A stretch of DNA of 64,000 nucleotides from Dehalococcoidia bacterium (GTDB lineage Bacteria; Chloroflexota; Dehalococcoidia; GIF9; UBA5629): the NCBI GenBank assembly GCA_003142375.1, contig PLME01000011.1, positions 14,599 to 78,598 on the forward strand, given 5' to 3'. The notes under the pieces were generated by a model. The model was not told the DNA's origin. It did no database searches and saw only the letters and a list, made by a program, of their open reading frames with translations. This document shows positions 1-8,938 of this stretch, piece by piece. The translations under genes and the position numbers were made by a program. Each line of letters begins with the position of its first letter. The stretch's first letter is position 1.

Positions 1-192
1 ATCCCGGAGCGGCGTCCACCCCCTGCGCTGAGAAAAAAAGCCGCAGCGGAGGCCGGAGCAGCCAAAATCGGTGCACTTCCGCTGCCGGTGTGGCGCTGCA
101 AAGTCTGCGGGTATCTATGTGCGCGTGACGGCCCGCCCGAGATATGCCCCATCTGCAAGGCCAAAAAAGATAGGTTCGAGCGTTTCATTTAG
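1..192 (+). CDS. Partial CDS (C-terminus) with rubredoxin-like domain; probably ferredoxin:disulfide/thioredoxin reductase (FTR-like) family
   Basis: Frame 1 reads IPERRPPP...[34 protein letters not shown] (CxxC-x12-CxxC). The PERRP linker plus this rubredoxin tail resembles Methanosarcina-type FDR. Not in the ORF track; truncated by the window edge. Confidence 0.65.
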   Translation: MPERRPPPALRKKAAAEAGAAKIGALPLPVWRCKVCGYLCARDGPPEICPICKAKKDRFERFI

Positions 193-252
193 CCTTATAA
201 TAATTCTCAGGGATCTTTTGCTTCTTATCTGCGAGAATAATTAGACCTGCGT

Positions 253-1029
253 ATGAAAGACGTCTGGAAACATTATAACCTTGCCCGTATCGGGTGGCTT
301 CAGCGGCACGGCTCGATATATTTCCCCTTCTGGAATATGGTCTTTAAATATCCCCCGCTGCTGGCCTTCAACGCCGTCCTGATGCTGAAATCCAACCTTA
401 CTAACTCGTGCATCGTGCATGTCATCGGGGACAGCCACGTAGTGCCCTTCACCTACCGCTTCCCCTACCTGATACACCATATATCCCAGGCCACGGCCTA
501 CAACCTGGGGAAGGAGAAGAGCTTCACCCGCTCCAGCGAGTATTTAAAGCTGTTCCTCTCCAAAATAAATAAAAAGAGGGACGTGGTCATGCTGGTTTTC
601 GGGGAGATCGACGCCCGGGTGCATATCTATCTGCAGTACGGCAAGAGCGGAAGGACCTTAAGCATCGACACCCTGGTGGACGCTACGGTGGAGACGTATG
701 GGGAGGTCATCAAACGGATAAAGGAAGACGGGTTCGCCGTCTGCGTTCACGGCATTCCGCCAGCGGCCAGCAAGGAATTCATCACCGCCCTGCCGTTTTC
801 AGGCAAGCCGCGTGAGAGGAGCGAGATATCCAGGAAGTTTAATCAAAAGCTGAAGGAACGCTGTGAGTCGTTGAGGGTGCCCTATATAGATATTCAGTCC
901 ATAGCCTCCGATGATAGCGGCTTTATTAAGAAGTATTACCTGGCGGATGAGGTGCACTGCAATAGCAAGATAGTGCCCTTCACCAGCAGCGTCATTAAAG
1001 AGGCCTTCGGGAAAGAGAAAAGATTTTAA
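253..1029 (+). CDS. SGNH/GDSL hydrolase-fold protein
   Basis: IGDSH block I, FGEID block III and DEVH catalytic D-x-x-H motif. Confidence 0.65.
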   Translation: MKDVWKHYNLARIGWLQRHGSIYFPFWNMVFKYPPLLAFNAVLMLKSNLTNSCIVHVIGDSHVVPFTYRFPYLIHHISQATAYNLGKEKSFTRSSEYLKLFLSKINKKRDVVMLVFGEIDARVHIYLQYGKSGRTLSIDTLVDATVETYGEVIKRIKEDGFAVCVHGIPPAASKEFITALPFSGKPRERSEISRKFNQKLKERCESLRVPYIDIQSIASDDSGFIKKYYLADEVHCNSKIVPFTSSVIKEAFGKEKRF

Positions 1030-1056
1030 TAGTTGCGACCGGTCAGGCCGCATGAG

Positions 1057-1230
1057 CTATTTGACGCCGACCGGTTCGGTGGATGGCTTGAACCTGATGC
1101 CGTTCCAATCGTACAACTGCCTTCCGCACTGGGTGCACATGACAAGTGTATTGCGGCCGCTGGCCTCTTCACGTGCCCTGACCAGTTTTTGACAGGAAGG
1201 GCAGTAAACCCTTTTGATTAGCATTTTCAT
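1057..1230 (-). CDS. Small zinc-ribbon protein (57 aa)
   Basis: MKMLIKRVYCPSCQKLVRAREEASGRNTLVMCTQCGRQLYDWNGIRFKPSTEPVGVK*; two CxxC pairs and a GGGAGG RBS upstream; below the 60-aa cutoff of the ORF track. Confidence 0.7.
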   Translation of the reverse strand: MKMLIKRVYCPSCQKLVRAREEASGRNTLVMCTQCGRQLYDWNGIRFKPSTEPVGVK

Positions 1231-1463
1231 ACCTTGGCCTCCCTATAGTTACCTGTACTATTCTAGCACACAGGGGGAGGCGCGGAATAAGAAAACGTAA
1301 TTATCCCATCGAGATAAGCGGTTGATTGGTAATCTATCTTATTACTTTTCTTGCTGAGTCTGACCCTATCGTCCCAATATTTTGGGCACTTTAGTACTAT
1401 TAAATATTCTATTATTCCTGCACTATTAGTAACAATAAAGGCAAAAATAAGGAGGCGATAGTA

Positions 1464-1754
1464 TTGGCGATAAATAACAACCTTCTGGAAAAAGCCTTGC
1501 GTCATGCGGGAGGCTGGGAAGAACTTGAGCGGCAATATAATGAGATTAAGAAAAACCAGTTTTACATTGATGACAATAAGGTTGAATTGTTGCAATCGTT
1601 TGATGGCAATTGGATCGCAGTTTATAATTCCGTAGTGGTAGCCAATGGCAAGGATTATGAATCTGTTGCTAAAGTATTGGCAAATAAGAAAATGCCGGCT
1701 GAGGAAACTGCAATCAGGTTCATATCGAGTAAGAAAATTGCCACCCCCTTTTAA
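1464..1754 (+). CDS. DUF5678-like small protein
   Basis: TTG start after AAGGAGG; F/Y-x-G-x-WIAV-x-N-x-x-VVA-x-G-x-D pattern; AT-rich. Confidence 0.55.
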   Translation: MAINNNLLEKALRHAGGWEELERQYNEIKKNQFYIDDNKVELLQSFDGNWIAVYNSVVVANGKDYESVAKVLANKKMPAEETAIRFISSKKIATPF

Positions 1755-1803
1755 TATATGACCCGGATGGCTCATGGTACTTGTTACCATGGGATAATTA
1801 CGT

Positions 1804-1844
1804 AAAAAATCCCCCGGACTTTGCTGAGGTCCGGGGGATTTTAT
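1804..1844. terminator. Bidirectional intrinsic terminator
   Basis: AAAAAATCCCCCGGAC-loop-GTCCGGGGGATTTT between convergent genes. Confidence 0.8.
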
Positions 1845-1853
1845 TGTAAACCC

Positions 1854-1915
1854 GTCATTGCGAGCGAAGCGAAGCAATGACCAGTGAATAAAATCACTTC
1901 GTTCCTCGCAATGAC
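1854..1915. repeat. Palindromic REP/RPE-like element
   Basis: GTCATTGCGAG...GAAGCAAT...CTCGCAATGAC with 11-bp terminal inverted repeats; antisense translation gives HCEERSD...LLRFARND, typical of this repeat class. Confidence 0.65.
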
Positions 1916-1923
1916 CCAAATAA

Positions 1924-3429
1924 CTAGTCTTTGATACCGGCTATCTTTTTGACCATGTTTTTCTTGGACTCGATGTCGTACTGAGTCGTTATGGCGATCT
2001 GTTCCATGACGGGTGAGCCGCCGCCGTGGTAGCTGCCGACCTGGTGTATTCCACCCGTGGCCGAGCAAAGAGCATCGCCGACATACATCCAGAATTTGAT
2101 GGCATTTTCGGTTTTTATAGCGGGGTTGCGCATGGTGTACTTTTCCAGCAGGGCCTTGGTATCGGGATTGAGGAAATCGGCCTCATGCGGGAAGGTTGCG
2201 GGAATGCCGCCGGAGATGTCGCAGAGAATCTCTGATTCCCTGTAAACATTTTCGCCGGTCAGGCAGCGTCCGACATTGCAGTAAATTGAGTTTGGAATAT
2301 AGCTGCCCGGGCCATAGGGGACAAAGCCCACACCCGGCATGTAGACCTCCGGTTTGCCCAGCTCGGATGCTGTAAAACCGGCGGCATAGCCGAGCTCGGT
2401 TACCATGATGAGCTCTGCCAGCTTTTCTCTCACGTGGCTGGCCTTGTGCACGCCGTTATATTCGGCGGCCAGGGCTGCCGTGCCAACGGTGATGTCGCCG
2501 ATGGCCGGCTTGCAGCCGGAGTAGCTGTGGCGATGGAAGAGGGCGAAGAGAAGTGCGCCTACTGCTCCGTGAACGGTCTCGCCGCAGAGGAAAACCCTTT
2601 CCCAGGGGATGAAGCATTTGTCGAAGATGGTATATGAGTCGGTTGCGCCGGGCATAAAGCCCCTCTTGAAATGCTTGCGCTCCCTCAGGTTATGGATGGT
2701 TACGACCTGCTTAATGCCCTCATAGTCTGCCGGGACGGCGAAGGCCACCGCCCAATCGTTTTCAGTTGGCAGAAGTGCGCGGGTGGGAACAACGATGATC
2801 TCGTCGGCTGTTGAGGCCTCGGAGTTATGGACCTTGCATCCGCTGACCACTATGCCGTCGCTTTTCCTCTCAACTACGTGCAGGTAGAGGTCCGGGTCGA
2901 TCTGCTCGCTGGGCCTCTTCATTCTGTCGCCTTTAACATCAGTTTGTGCGCAGCATCCGACCAGGTCTTCGTTCTGAAAACGTTCGAGCCACTTAAGGAA
3001 ATTCTTGTGATACTCGGTGCTGCCTTTGTTTTGCTTGTCGGCTTCAAAGGATATGGCGTTGAGCGCATTGGAGCCGTCGATGCCCATGCAGCGCTGTATG
3101 CAGCCGCCCACCCGCTGGCAGAGGGCACGTGTCATATCCTGCTTCTTGTGCAGGTCTTCCTTGCTCTGATGGATGTGGGTGAAACGGTTAATGGTATTGC
3201 CTGTGATGTGGCTCTTGGCCAGCATCAGGTCCTGTAGATTGGGGTCCTGGGCGAAATCGTACGTCGACCCGATGGTGTTGATAGTGTTCATCTGCTGTTC
3301 ATCGCACCGGTCGATTAGATGGCCGTCGTAATATACGTTGCGGCGCATCTTGCTCAGGCGTTCCGTGAATTGTTTCTTAGTTCCCAGACATGTTTTAGGT
3401 GTTTTTGTTGCTTTACTGTCTATTGCCAT
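1924..3429 (-). CDS. 4-hydroxybutyryl-CoA dehydratase (AbfD)/HpaB-family Fe-S/FAD protein, divergent
   Basis: CIQRC and HRHSYSGC motifs (Fe-S ligands), QTDVKGDR, HGGGSP; AAGGAGG RBS. Confidence 0.8.
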   Translation of the reverse strand: MAIDSKATKTPKTCLGTKKQFTERLSKMRRNVYYDGHLIDRCDEQQMNTINTIGSTYDFAQDPNLQDLMLAKSHITGNTINRFTHIHQSKEDLHKKQDMTRALCQRVGGCIQRCMGIDGSNALNAISFEADKQNKGSTEYHKNFLKWLERFQNEDLVGCCAQTDVKGDRMKRPSEQIDPDLYLHVVERKSDGIVVSGCKVHNSEASTADEIIVVPTRALLPTENDWAVAFAVPADYEGIKQVVTIHNLRERKHFKRGFMPGATDSYTIFDKCFIPWERVFLCGETVHGAVGALLFALFHRHSYSGCKPAIGDITVGTAALAAEYNGVHKASHVREKLAELIMVTELGYAAGFTASELGKPEVYMPGVGFVPYGPGSYIPNSIYCNVGRCLTGENVYRESEILCDISGGIPATFPHEADFLNPDTKALLEKYTMRNPAIKTENAIKFWMYVGDALCSATGGIHQVGSYHGGGSPVMEQIAITTQYDIESKKNMVKKIAGIKD

Positions 3430-3505
3430 ATTTCCTCCTTATAGCAATGCTAATTATTTACTTTTTGATCCTACGACAGGTAGGCATGGATCGTTGTGAC
3501 GTCTT

Positions 3506-4171
3506 TCATGCCACCTGCTTGACCGGCTGCAATTTTTTATGGCCGTTCTTTTTAGGGGACCTTTTCAGATGTGACAGGATAGCGCCAGTCTGCTCCTCAG
3601 TATATTCTTCCAGTGTGTAGTGCTTCTTGAGAAACCAGCCGCGGTTGGCCCAGGCGTTGGCTATAACAATAATGTTATGGGCCGCTAGCCGGGGATCCTG
3701 TGCTTCGAAAACCCCCTCGGCAATTCCGTCGGCAATGAGTTTCTCATAATAATCGATAACGCGGCTTTCCGCCTTATAGACGATCTTTCTATCCTGCAGG
3801 GGCAGGGAAAGCATTATATGGTTGACGAAGTTGTGGAAATCACGGTAATTTTCCACGATCTCCAGATAATTCTTGATAGAGTCTTTCAGCCGCTCCTCGC
3901 AGGACTTGCCTTTTTGTTCCTTGGTAAAGCGGGAGAGCGATTGGCAAGTCAGGTCCGAAGTGAAATTGATGATAAGATAGAGTATATCCTCTTTGGAACC
4001 TATGTAATGATACAGCCCGCCTGTGCTCATCCCCAGGGCCGAGGCCAGTTCCCTGGTACTGATATTGTGGTAGCCCCTCTTTGTGATCAGTTCGGTGGCT
4101 ATCTTGACGATATGGTTTCTGCGTTCGTTAACCAGTTCGGTATCGCTGCTGAATGTTCTTACTTTTCTCAT
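3506..4171 (-). CDS. TetR/AcrR-family transcriptional regulator
   Basis: HTH GYHNISTRELASALGMSTGGLYHYIGSKEDIL; start moved from 4225 to the ATG at 4171 (MRKVRT). Confidence 0.9.
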   Translation of the reverse strand: MRKVRTFSSDTELVNERRNHIVKIATELITKRGYHNISTRELASALGMSTGGLYHYIGSKEDILYLIINFTSDLTCQSLSRFTKEQKGKSCEERLKDSIKNYLEIVENYRDFHNFVNHIMLSLPLQDRKIVYKAESRVIDYYEKLIADGIAEGVFEAQDPRLAAHNIIVIANAWANRGWFLKKHYTLEEYTEEQTGAILSHLKRSPKKNGHKKLQPVKQVA

Positions 4172-4177
4172 ATTGCA

Positions 4178-4193
4178 GACCGAGCGCTCAGTC
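4178..4193. promoter_or_regulatory. Putative TetR operator
   Basis: Near-perfect 16-bp palindrome GACCGAGCGCTCAGTC 6 bp upstream of the tetR start, in the divergent tetR/gcdH region. Confidence 0.55.
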
Positions 4194-4352
4194 GATGTGA
4201 GTATTTTAGCATAATAACCGGCCATTACAAAATGTACAGAGAGCAGATGCGGTTGACTCTAATGGGCTGCTGGGTTAGGATACCCTGTGTTTAAAATAAC
4301 TCCGCATGGACCACGGCTTGACATAAATAACATATAAATCAGGAGACGAAGC

Positions 4353-5537
4353 ATGAAATTCCAGGGAGTGGACTATTATTGCATCGATGACCTATTGAGT
4401 GCGGAAGAGAAGATGACCCGTAAGATGACCAGGGACTTTATGGAAGATATTATTAAGCCCATGGTGGTCGATGCCTTCCATACCGAAGAACCGCTGGACA
4501 TGAGGGCGCTGGCGCCCAAAATGGGGGAGCTGGGGCTTATCGGGCCTTTTATACCCAGGGAGTACGGGGCTGCCGGGTCGAGCTATGTAACCTTCGGCCT
4601 GATCTCGCAGGAGATCGAGAGGGTGGACAGCTCGATGCGCAGCTTTGCAGCAGTTTCGGCCGGGCTGGTGATGTTCCCCATCTGGCAATACGGATCGGAG
4701 GAGCAGAAAATGAAATGGCTGCCGGCCATGGCCAAGGGCGAGAAAATCGGCTGCTTCGGGCTGACGGAACCGAATGTGGGCTCAGACGTTTCGTCGCTGG
4801 AGACCGTGGCGGTGAAAAAGGGCAATAAATGGGTTATCAACGGCGCCAAGCAGTGGATAAGCGAGGCTGCCATGGCGGATGTCGCCGTTGTCTGGGCTAA
4901 GACCAGCCAGGGTGTCAAGGGCTTCCTGGTGGAGAGGGGTACGACCGGGTTCGAGCAAAAATTTATGAGCAAGAAGGGTTCCATGCGGGCAGGGGATGTG
5001 GGTGAGCTTGTCTTGAGCGATGTCAGCATCCCTGAGGACAGCATGCTGCCCAAGTCGGGTGGTCTGAAATCGCCCCTGTCCTGCCTGAATATGGCCAGAT
5101 ACGGCATATCGTGGGGCGCTCTGGGAGCCGCCATGGACTGTTACGAAACGGCCCTTAATTACACCGGCGAGAGGAAGCAGTTCGGTGCGCCAATAGCATC
5201 GTTCCAGTTGGTTCAGGAAAAGCTGGTGACGATGTTGATCGAGATCACCAAAGGGCAGTTGCTCTCCTACCAACTCGGCAGGCTGATGGATGCCGGGAAG
5301 GCCAGGCCAACCCAGATATCCATGGCTAAAAAGAACAATGTCGGGGTGGCGCGCATGTGTGCCCGCACGGCTCGCGAGCTACTGGGGGCCAACGGCGTTT
5401 CCCTCGAGTATTCACCCATCCGGCATATGGCCAATATCGAGTCCGTCTATACTTACGAGGGGACGGACGACATCCACACCCTTATCATAGGCCAGGATAT
5501 AACCGGCATCTCGGCTTTCGGCGGGGGCAGGCAGTAA
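4353..5537 (+). CDS. gcdH: Acyl-CoA dehydrogenase, glutaryl-CoA dehydrogenase-like
   Basis: IGCFGLTEPNVGSD, RKQFGAPIASFQLVQ, and the GCDH-type C-terminal YTYEGTDDIHTLIIG. Confidence 0.75.
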   Translation: MKFQGVDYYCIDDLLSAEEKMTRKMTRDFMEDIIKPMVVDAFHTEEPLDMRALAPKMGELGLIGPFIPREYGAAGSSYVTFGLISQEIERVDSSMRSFAAVSAGLVMFPIWQYGSEEQKMKWLPAMAKGEKIGCFGLTEPNVGSDVSSLETVAVKKGNKWVINGAKQWISEAAMADVAVVWAKTSQGVKGFLVERGTTGFEQKFMSKKGSMRAGDVGELVLSDVSIPEDSMLPKSGGLKSPLSCLNMARYGISWGALGAAMDCYETALNYTGERKQFGAPIASFQLVQEKLVTMLIEITKGQLLSYQLGRLMDAGKARPTQISMAKKNNVGVARMCARTARELLGANGVSLEYSPIRHMANIESVYTYEGTDDIHTLIIGQDITGISAFGGGRQ

Positions 5538-5665
5538 TACCGTGTTAGGGGTATTACTGGCAACTTGATACAGGTTGGCCTGCCGATCAGATAAGTTGTA
5601 CCATTAATGGCGGACGGCAACAGTCGCCAGACTTTAATCCGCATAATTACTTAAGAAGGAAAAGC

Positions 5666-5848
5666 ATGATGCCCCTTGCATTTTTTGGTTTTGCTATATT
5701 CTGTTGCGTTTTCGTTGCGGCTGTATTCGTACTGGTCTTCTGGACGATTATCAACGGCCTTCAGGATGAAGCAAAGCACAGGAAGCAGAATGCTATTTTA
5801 AAAAAAGAGAAGTCAGCCCCCACCGACGAGGGTGACAAACCCGCCTAA
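5666..5848 (+). CDS. Small single-TM membrane protein
   Basis: Hydrophobic N-terminus, charged tail, GAAGGA RBS. Confidence 0.55.
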   Translation: MMPLAFFGFAIFCCVFVAAVFVLVFWTIINGLQDEAKHRKQNAILKKEKSAPTDEGDKPA

Positions 5849-5916
5849 TCAGCAACCTCTCAGGCCGCTAATTATAGTAATATACTCGTTAGAAGTCCGA
5901 TCACCAATCTTGCTGG

Positions 5917-8184
5917 CTAGACAATGACTTCCGCCTGGTTCTTCTGCTTGATGGCGGCCTGCGCGGCAATGAGCTTGGCAATGGGCACCCGGAATGGGCT
6001 GCAGCTCACGTAGTCCACGTTAATGGCGTGGAAGAAACTTATGGAGTGGGGTTCCCCTGCCTGCTCGCCGCAGACTCCGATCGGGATATCTTGTTTGGAC
6101 CTTCTGGCCCAGAATATGGCTGTTTCCATGAGCCTGCCGACCCCTTTGATATCTATGATTTCAAATGGGTTGTTCTCCAGGATGCCGATTTCAAGATAGG
6201 TTGAGAGGAATTTCTTCTCGGCGTCCTCCCGGCTGAAAGAGTATACCGCCTGTGTCAGGTCATTAGTGCCGAAGGATAGGAAATCCGCCACCTCGGCCAG
6301 CCTCCCGGCCCTCATGCAGGCACGCACGGTCTCCATCATGGTCCCCACCTTCAGCGTGGAGCCTTCGGTGCAGCTCTTTTTTATCATTATCAGCTCCTGG
6401 GAGGTAATAACCTGGGGTATCATTATCGAGACGTCTGCCGGCGCTTCCTTCTTGGCTGCCTCTATGGCCTGGACCTGCATTAAATAAATTTCCGGATTGG
6501 TGACGGCTACGCGCACACCCCTGTGCCCGAGCATGGGATTTATCTCCTTGAGCTCTACAATACGCTGCCTGGTCTTTTCGTCGGCTGCTTCCTTTTCAGA
6601 GGGGAGAAACTCATGCAGAGGCAGATCAAGAAGCCTGATGATAATGGGCAGGCCTTTCAGCTCTTTAAACAAGGCGATGAAATCCTCTTTTTGAAGTTTG
6701 CTCAGGTGTTTGAGCGCAGCTGATTTCTGGGCGGGGGTCGCAGCCAGGATGTATTCCCTAATGGCAGATAAGCGCTCTGGCCCGCTGAACTGACGCTCCG
6801 TGCGGCAAAGGCCTATGCCTTCGGCGCCCAGCTTAATGGCCTGGGCCACCATCTCGGGGATGTCGGCATTAGCCCTGACTCCCAGCCGTTTGGCACCGTC
6901 CAGCCAGGTGAGCAGTTCCTCGAATTCCTTGATCATTACGCCCTCTTCCATGGGAAGCACACCGAGGTACACCGTGCCGCTGGTACCGTCGATGGTGATG
7001 GTGTCCCCCTTATAGATAGTCTGCCCTTTACAGGTGAACAGCTTCTTTGCGAGATCGATTAGGATATCTTCGGCGCCGCAGACGCACGGTTTGCCCATGG
7101 CCCTGGTCACGATGGCAGCGTGGGATGTCAGACCGCCCCTCGAGGTCAATACGCCGTCAGCCGCGGCAATGCCCTGGATATCGTCAGGGCTCGTCTCCGG
7201 CCTGACAAGGATGGAGGGGATGCTTTTCTTGGCCTGTGTCATGGCATCTTCCACAGTAAACACGACCTGCCCGCTGACAGCCCCGGGCGCAGCCGCCAAG
7301 CCTTTGGTCAACGGCTCATGCGCTTGAGTGGACTTGATATGTTTGTGCAAGAGCGCCCTCAGGTCATCGACGTTTAATCGGAGTATGGCTTCCTCCTGGG
7401 TGATAAGGCCCTGGTGCACCATATCTACCGCAGACCTAACGGCCGCCTGGCCGCTCCTTTTAGCCGATCGCGTTTGGAGTATGTAGAGAGTCCCGGACTC
7501 CACCGTGAACTCTATATCCTGCATGTTGCGGAAATGCTTCTCGAGGAAACTTACTTTTTGTTCCAGTTCCTTATATACCTCCGGCATGCTGGCCTTGAGC
7601 TGGGAGATGGGAACGGGCGTTTTGGCTCCGGATACGATGTCCTCTCCCTGTGCACATTCAATACATTCACCGAATAAACCGCTTTCACCCGTGCTGGGAT
7701 CACGGCTGAAGACAACGCCGGTTCCTGAGCGCGAGTCCTTATTGCCGAAAACCATGGCCTGTATGACAGCCGCGGTGCCTATATCGGAGGCAATATGGTT
7801 AAGCCGCCGGTATTCCACGGCACGCATATTGTCCCATGAATCGAAGATACGTTTTATGGCCGATCTCATGTCAGCCGCACTATTAATATTAAGTACCGTG
7901 TCCATCATGCCCGGCATTGAAATCGGCGCTGATGACCGTACCGAGACCTGAAGGCCCTTGCCAAGCTTGGCATGAGCCTGTTTTTCCAGTTCTGCCAGCG
8001 CTTGAGCGATCTCTTTTTCCGCCAGACGTCCGGTCTTTTTATATTCGTTATACCCCCCAACGGAAACCACAAACCCAGGTGGGACCGGCAAACCCAGCCT
8101 GGTCATAATCACGAGGTTAGCCCCTTTGTTACCCAATGCCGCCTTATCTTCGCAGGCACCACCAAACGAGTAAATATAATCCAT
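5917..8184 (-). CDS. ppdK: Pyruvate, phosphate dikinase (compact form)
   Basis: GNKGANL, SMPGMMDTVLN, GGLTSHAA phospho-His motif, GIGLCRTE, SFGTNDLTQ, VCGE. Confidence 0.9.
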   Translation of the reverse strand: MDYIYSFGGACEDKAALGNKGANLVIMTRLGLPVPPGFVVSVGGYNEYKKTGRLAEKEIAQALAELEKQAHAKLGKGLQVSVRSSAPISMPGMMDTVLNINSAADMRSAIKRIFDSWDNMRAVEYRRLNHIASDIGTAAVIQAMVFGNKDSRSGTGVVFSRDPSTGESGLFGECIECAQGEDIVSGAKTPVPISQLKASMPEVYKELEQKVSFLEKHFRNMQDIEFTVESGTLYILQTRSAKRSGQAAVRSAVDMVHQGLITQEEAILRLNVDDLRALLHKHIKSTQAHEPLTKGLAAAPGAVSGQVVFTVEDAMTQAKKSIPSILVRPETSPDDIQGIAAADGVLTSRGGLTSHAAIVTRAMGKPCVCGAEDILIDLAKKLFTCKGQTIYKGDTITIDGTSGTVYLGVLPMEEGVMIKEFEELLTWLDGAKRLGVRANADIPEMVAQAIKLGAEGIGLCRTERQFSGPERLSAIREYILAATPAQKSAALKHLSKLQKEDFIALFKELKGLPIIIRLLDLPLHEFLPSEKEAADEKTRQRIVELKEINPMLGHRGVRVAVTNPEIYLMQVQAIEAAKKEAPADVSIMIPQVITSQELIMIKKSCTEGSTLKVGTMMETVRACMRAGRLAEVADFLSFGTNDLTQAVYSFSREDAEKKFLSTYLEIGILENNPFEIIDIKGVGRLMETAIFWARRSKQDIPIGVCGEQAGEPHSISFFHAINVDYVSCSPFRVPIAKLIAAQAAIKQKNQAEVIV

Positions 8185-8324
8185 GACAAGTCCTCCTCAA
8201 GTTACATTATATAGGAAAGACGTATAAATAAAAGGCCTTTTCAGTTCAAAATTCTGACCTGAAGATGCTAAATTTGACTTAACCTGTTTATAACTTTGGC
8301 CGTCCGTGATATGCTCATAATAAT

Positions 8325-8894
8325 ATGAAAAAGATAAACTGGTTTAAGCTGGGAATCATCTTTGTCCTTTTTGTGATTTTCAGTGCAGTTGTAGCTTATG
8401 CAACACAAATAGTTTTCACCAGCTTTCATTTGCCCATCCATAGGTATGAGCCTGCGGCCTACCTGACGATTTTCCTGGTTGCTCTGGTGGTGAACCTGTC
8501 ACTGATCCCGCTGCCCTTCGCGGTCTCTCTGATGATTGCTGCGGCCGCTATCTGGAACCCCATCCTGGTGGCTTTGGCCGGGAGCCTGGGAGCCAGCCTG
8601 GGGGAAATGAGCTATTACTATCTTGGATACCTGAGTAAGAAAGTTGCCATACCGGATGATATCATCGGGTACCAGACTGTGAAGTCCTGGGTCGATAAAT
8701 ACGGCATGTGGGCCATCGCCTTCCTCTCGTTCCAGCCGGTTATTCCCATGGAAATTGGTGGGCTGGTGGCCGGGCTGGCCAAATATCCCCTGGGCAAATT
8801 CCTCATCGCACTCTGGATCGGCAAATTTCCAAAATACATAATACTGATATACCTGGGATCCGCTTTAATGCACTTGATACCTGTTCTTCGTTAG
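8325..8894 (+). CDS. DedA/VTT-domain membrane protein
   Basis: GSLGASLGEMSYYYLG, FLSFQPVIP and GKFPKY motifs; multiple TM segments. Confidence 0.75.
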   Translation: MKKINWFKLGIIFVLFVIFSAVVAYATQIVFTSFHLPIHRYEPAAYLTIFLVALVVNLSLIPLPFAVSLMIAAAAIWNPILVALAGSLGASLGEMSYYYLGYLSKKVAIPDDIIGYQTVKSWVDKYGMWAIAFLSFQPVIPMEIGGLVAGLAKYPLGKFLIALWIGKFPKYIILIYLGSALMHLIPVLR

Positions 8895-8938
8895 GAGTTA
8901 CCCGCTATAACTGAATTGCTGCAGAGAGGCAAGAAATC

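Noticed and set aside
1033..1221. 62-aa plus-strand ORF
   Set aside because: Antisense to the better-supported zinc-ribbon gene (1057-1230); no RBS or motif
1263..1919. 218-aa minus-strand ORF
   Set aside because: It starts inside the palindromic repeat, crosses a terminator and is antisense to the RBS-supported 1464 gene, so it is a shadow ORF
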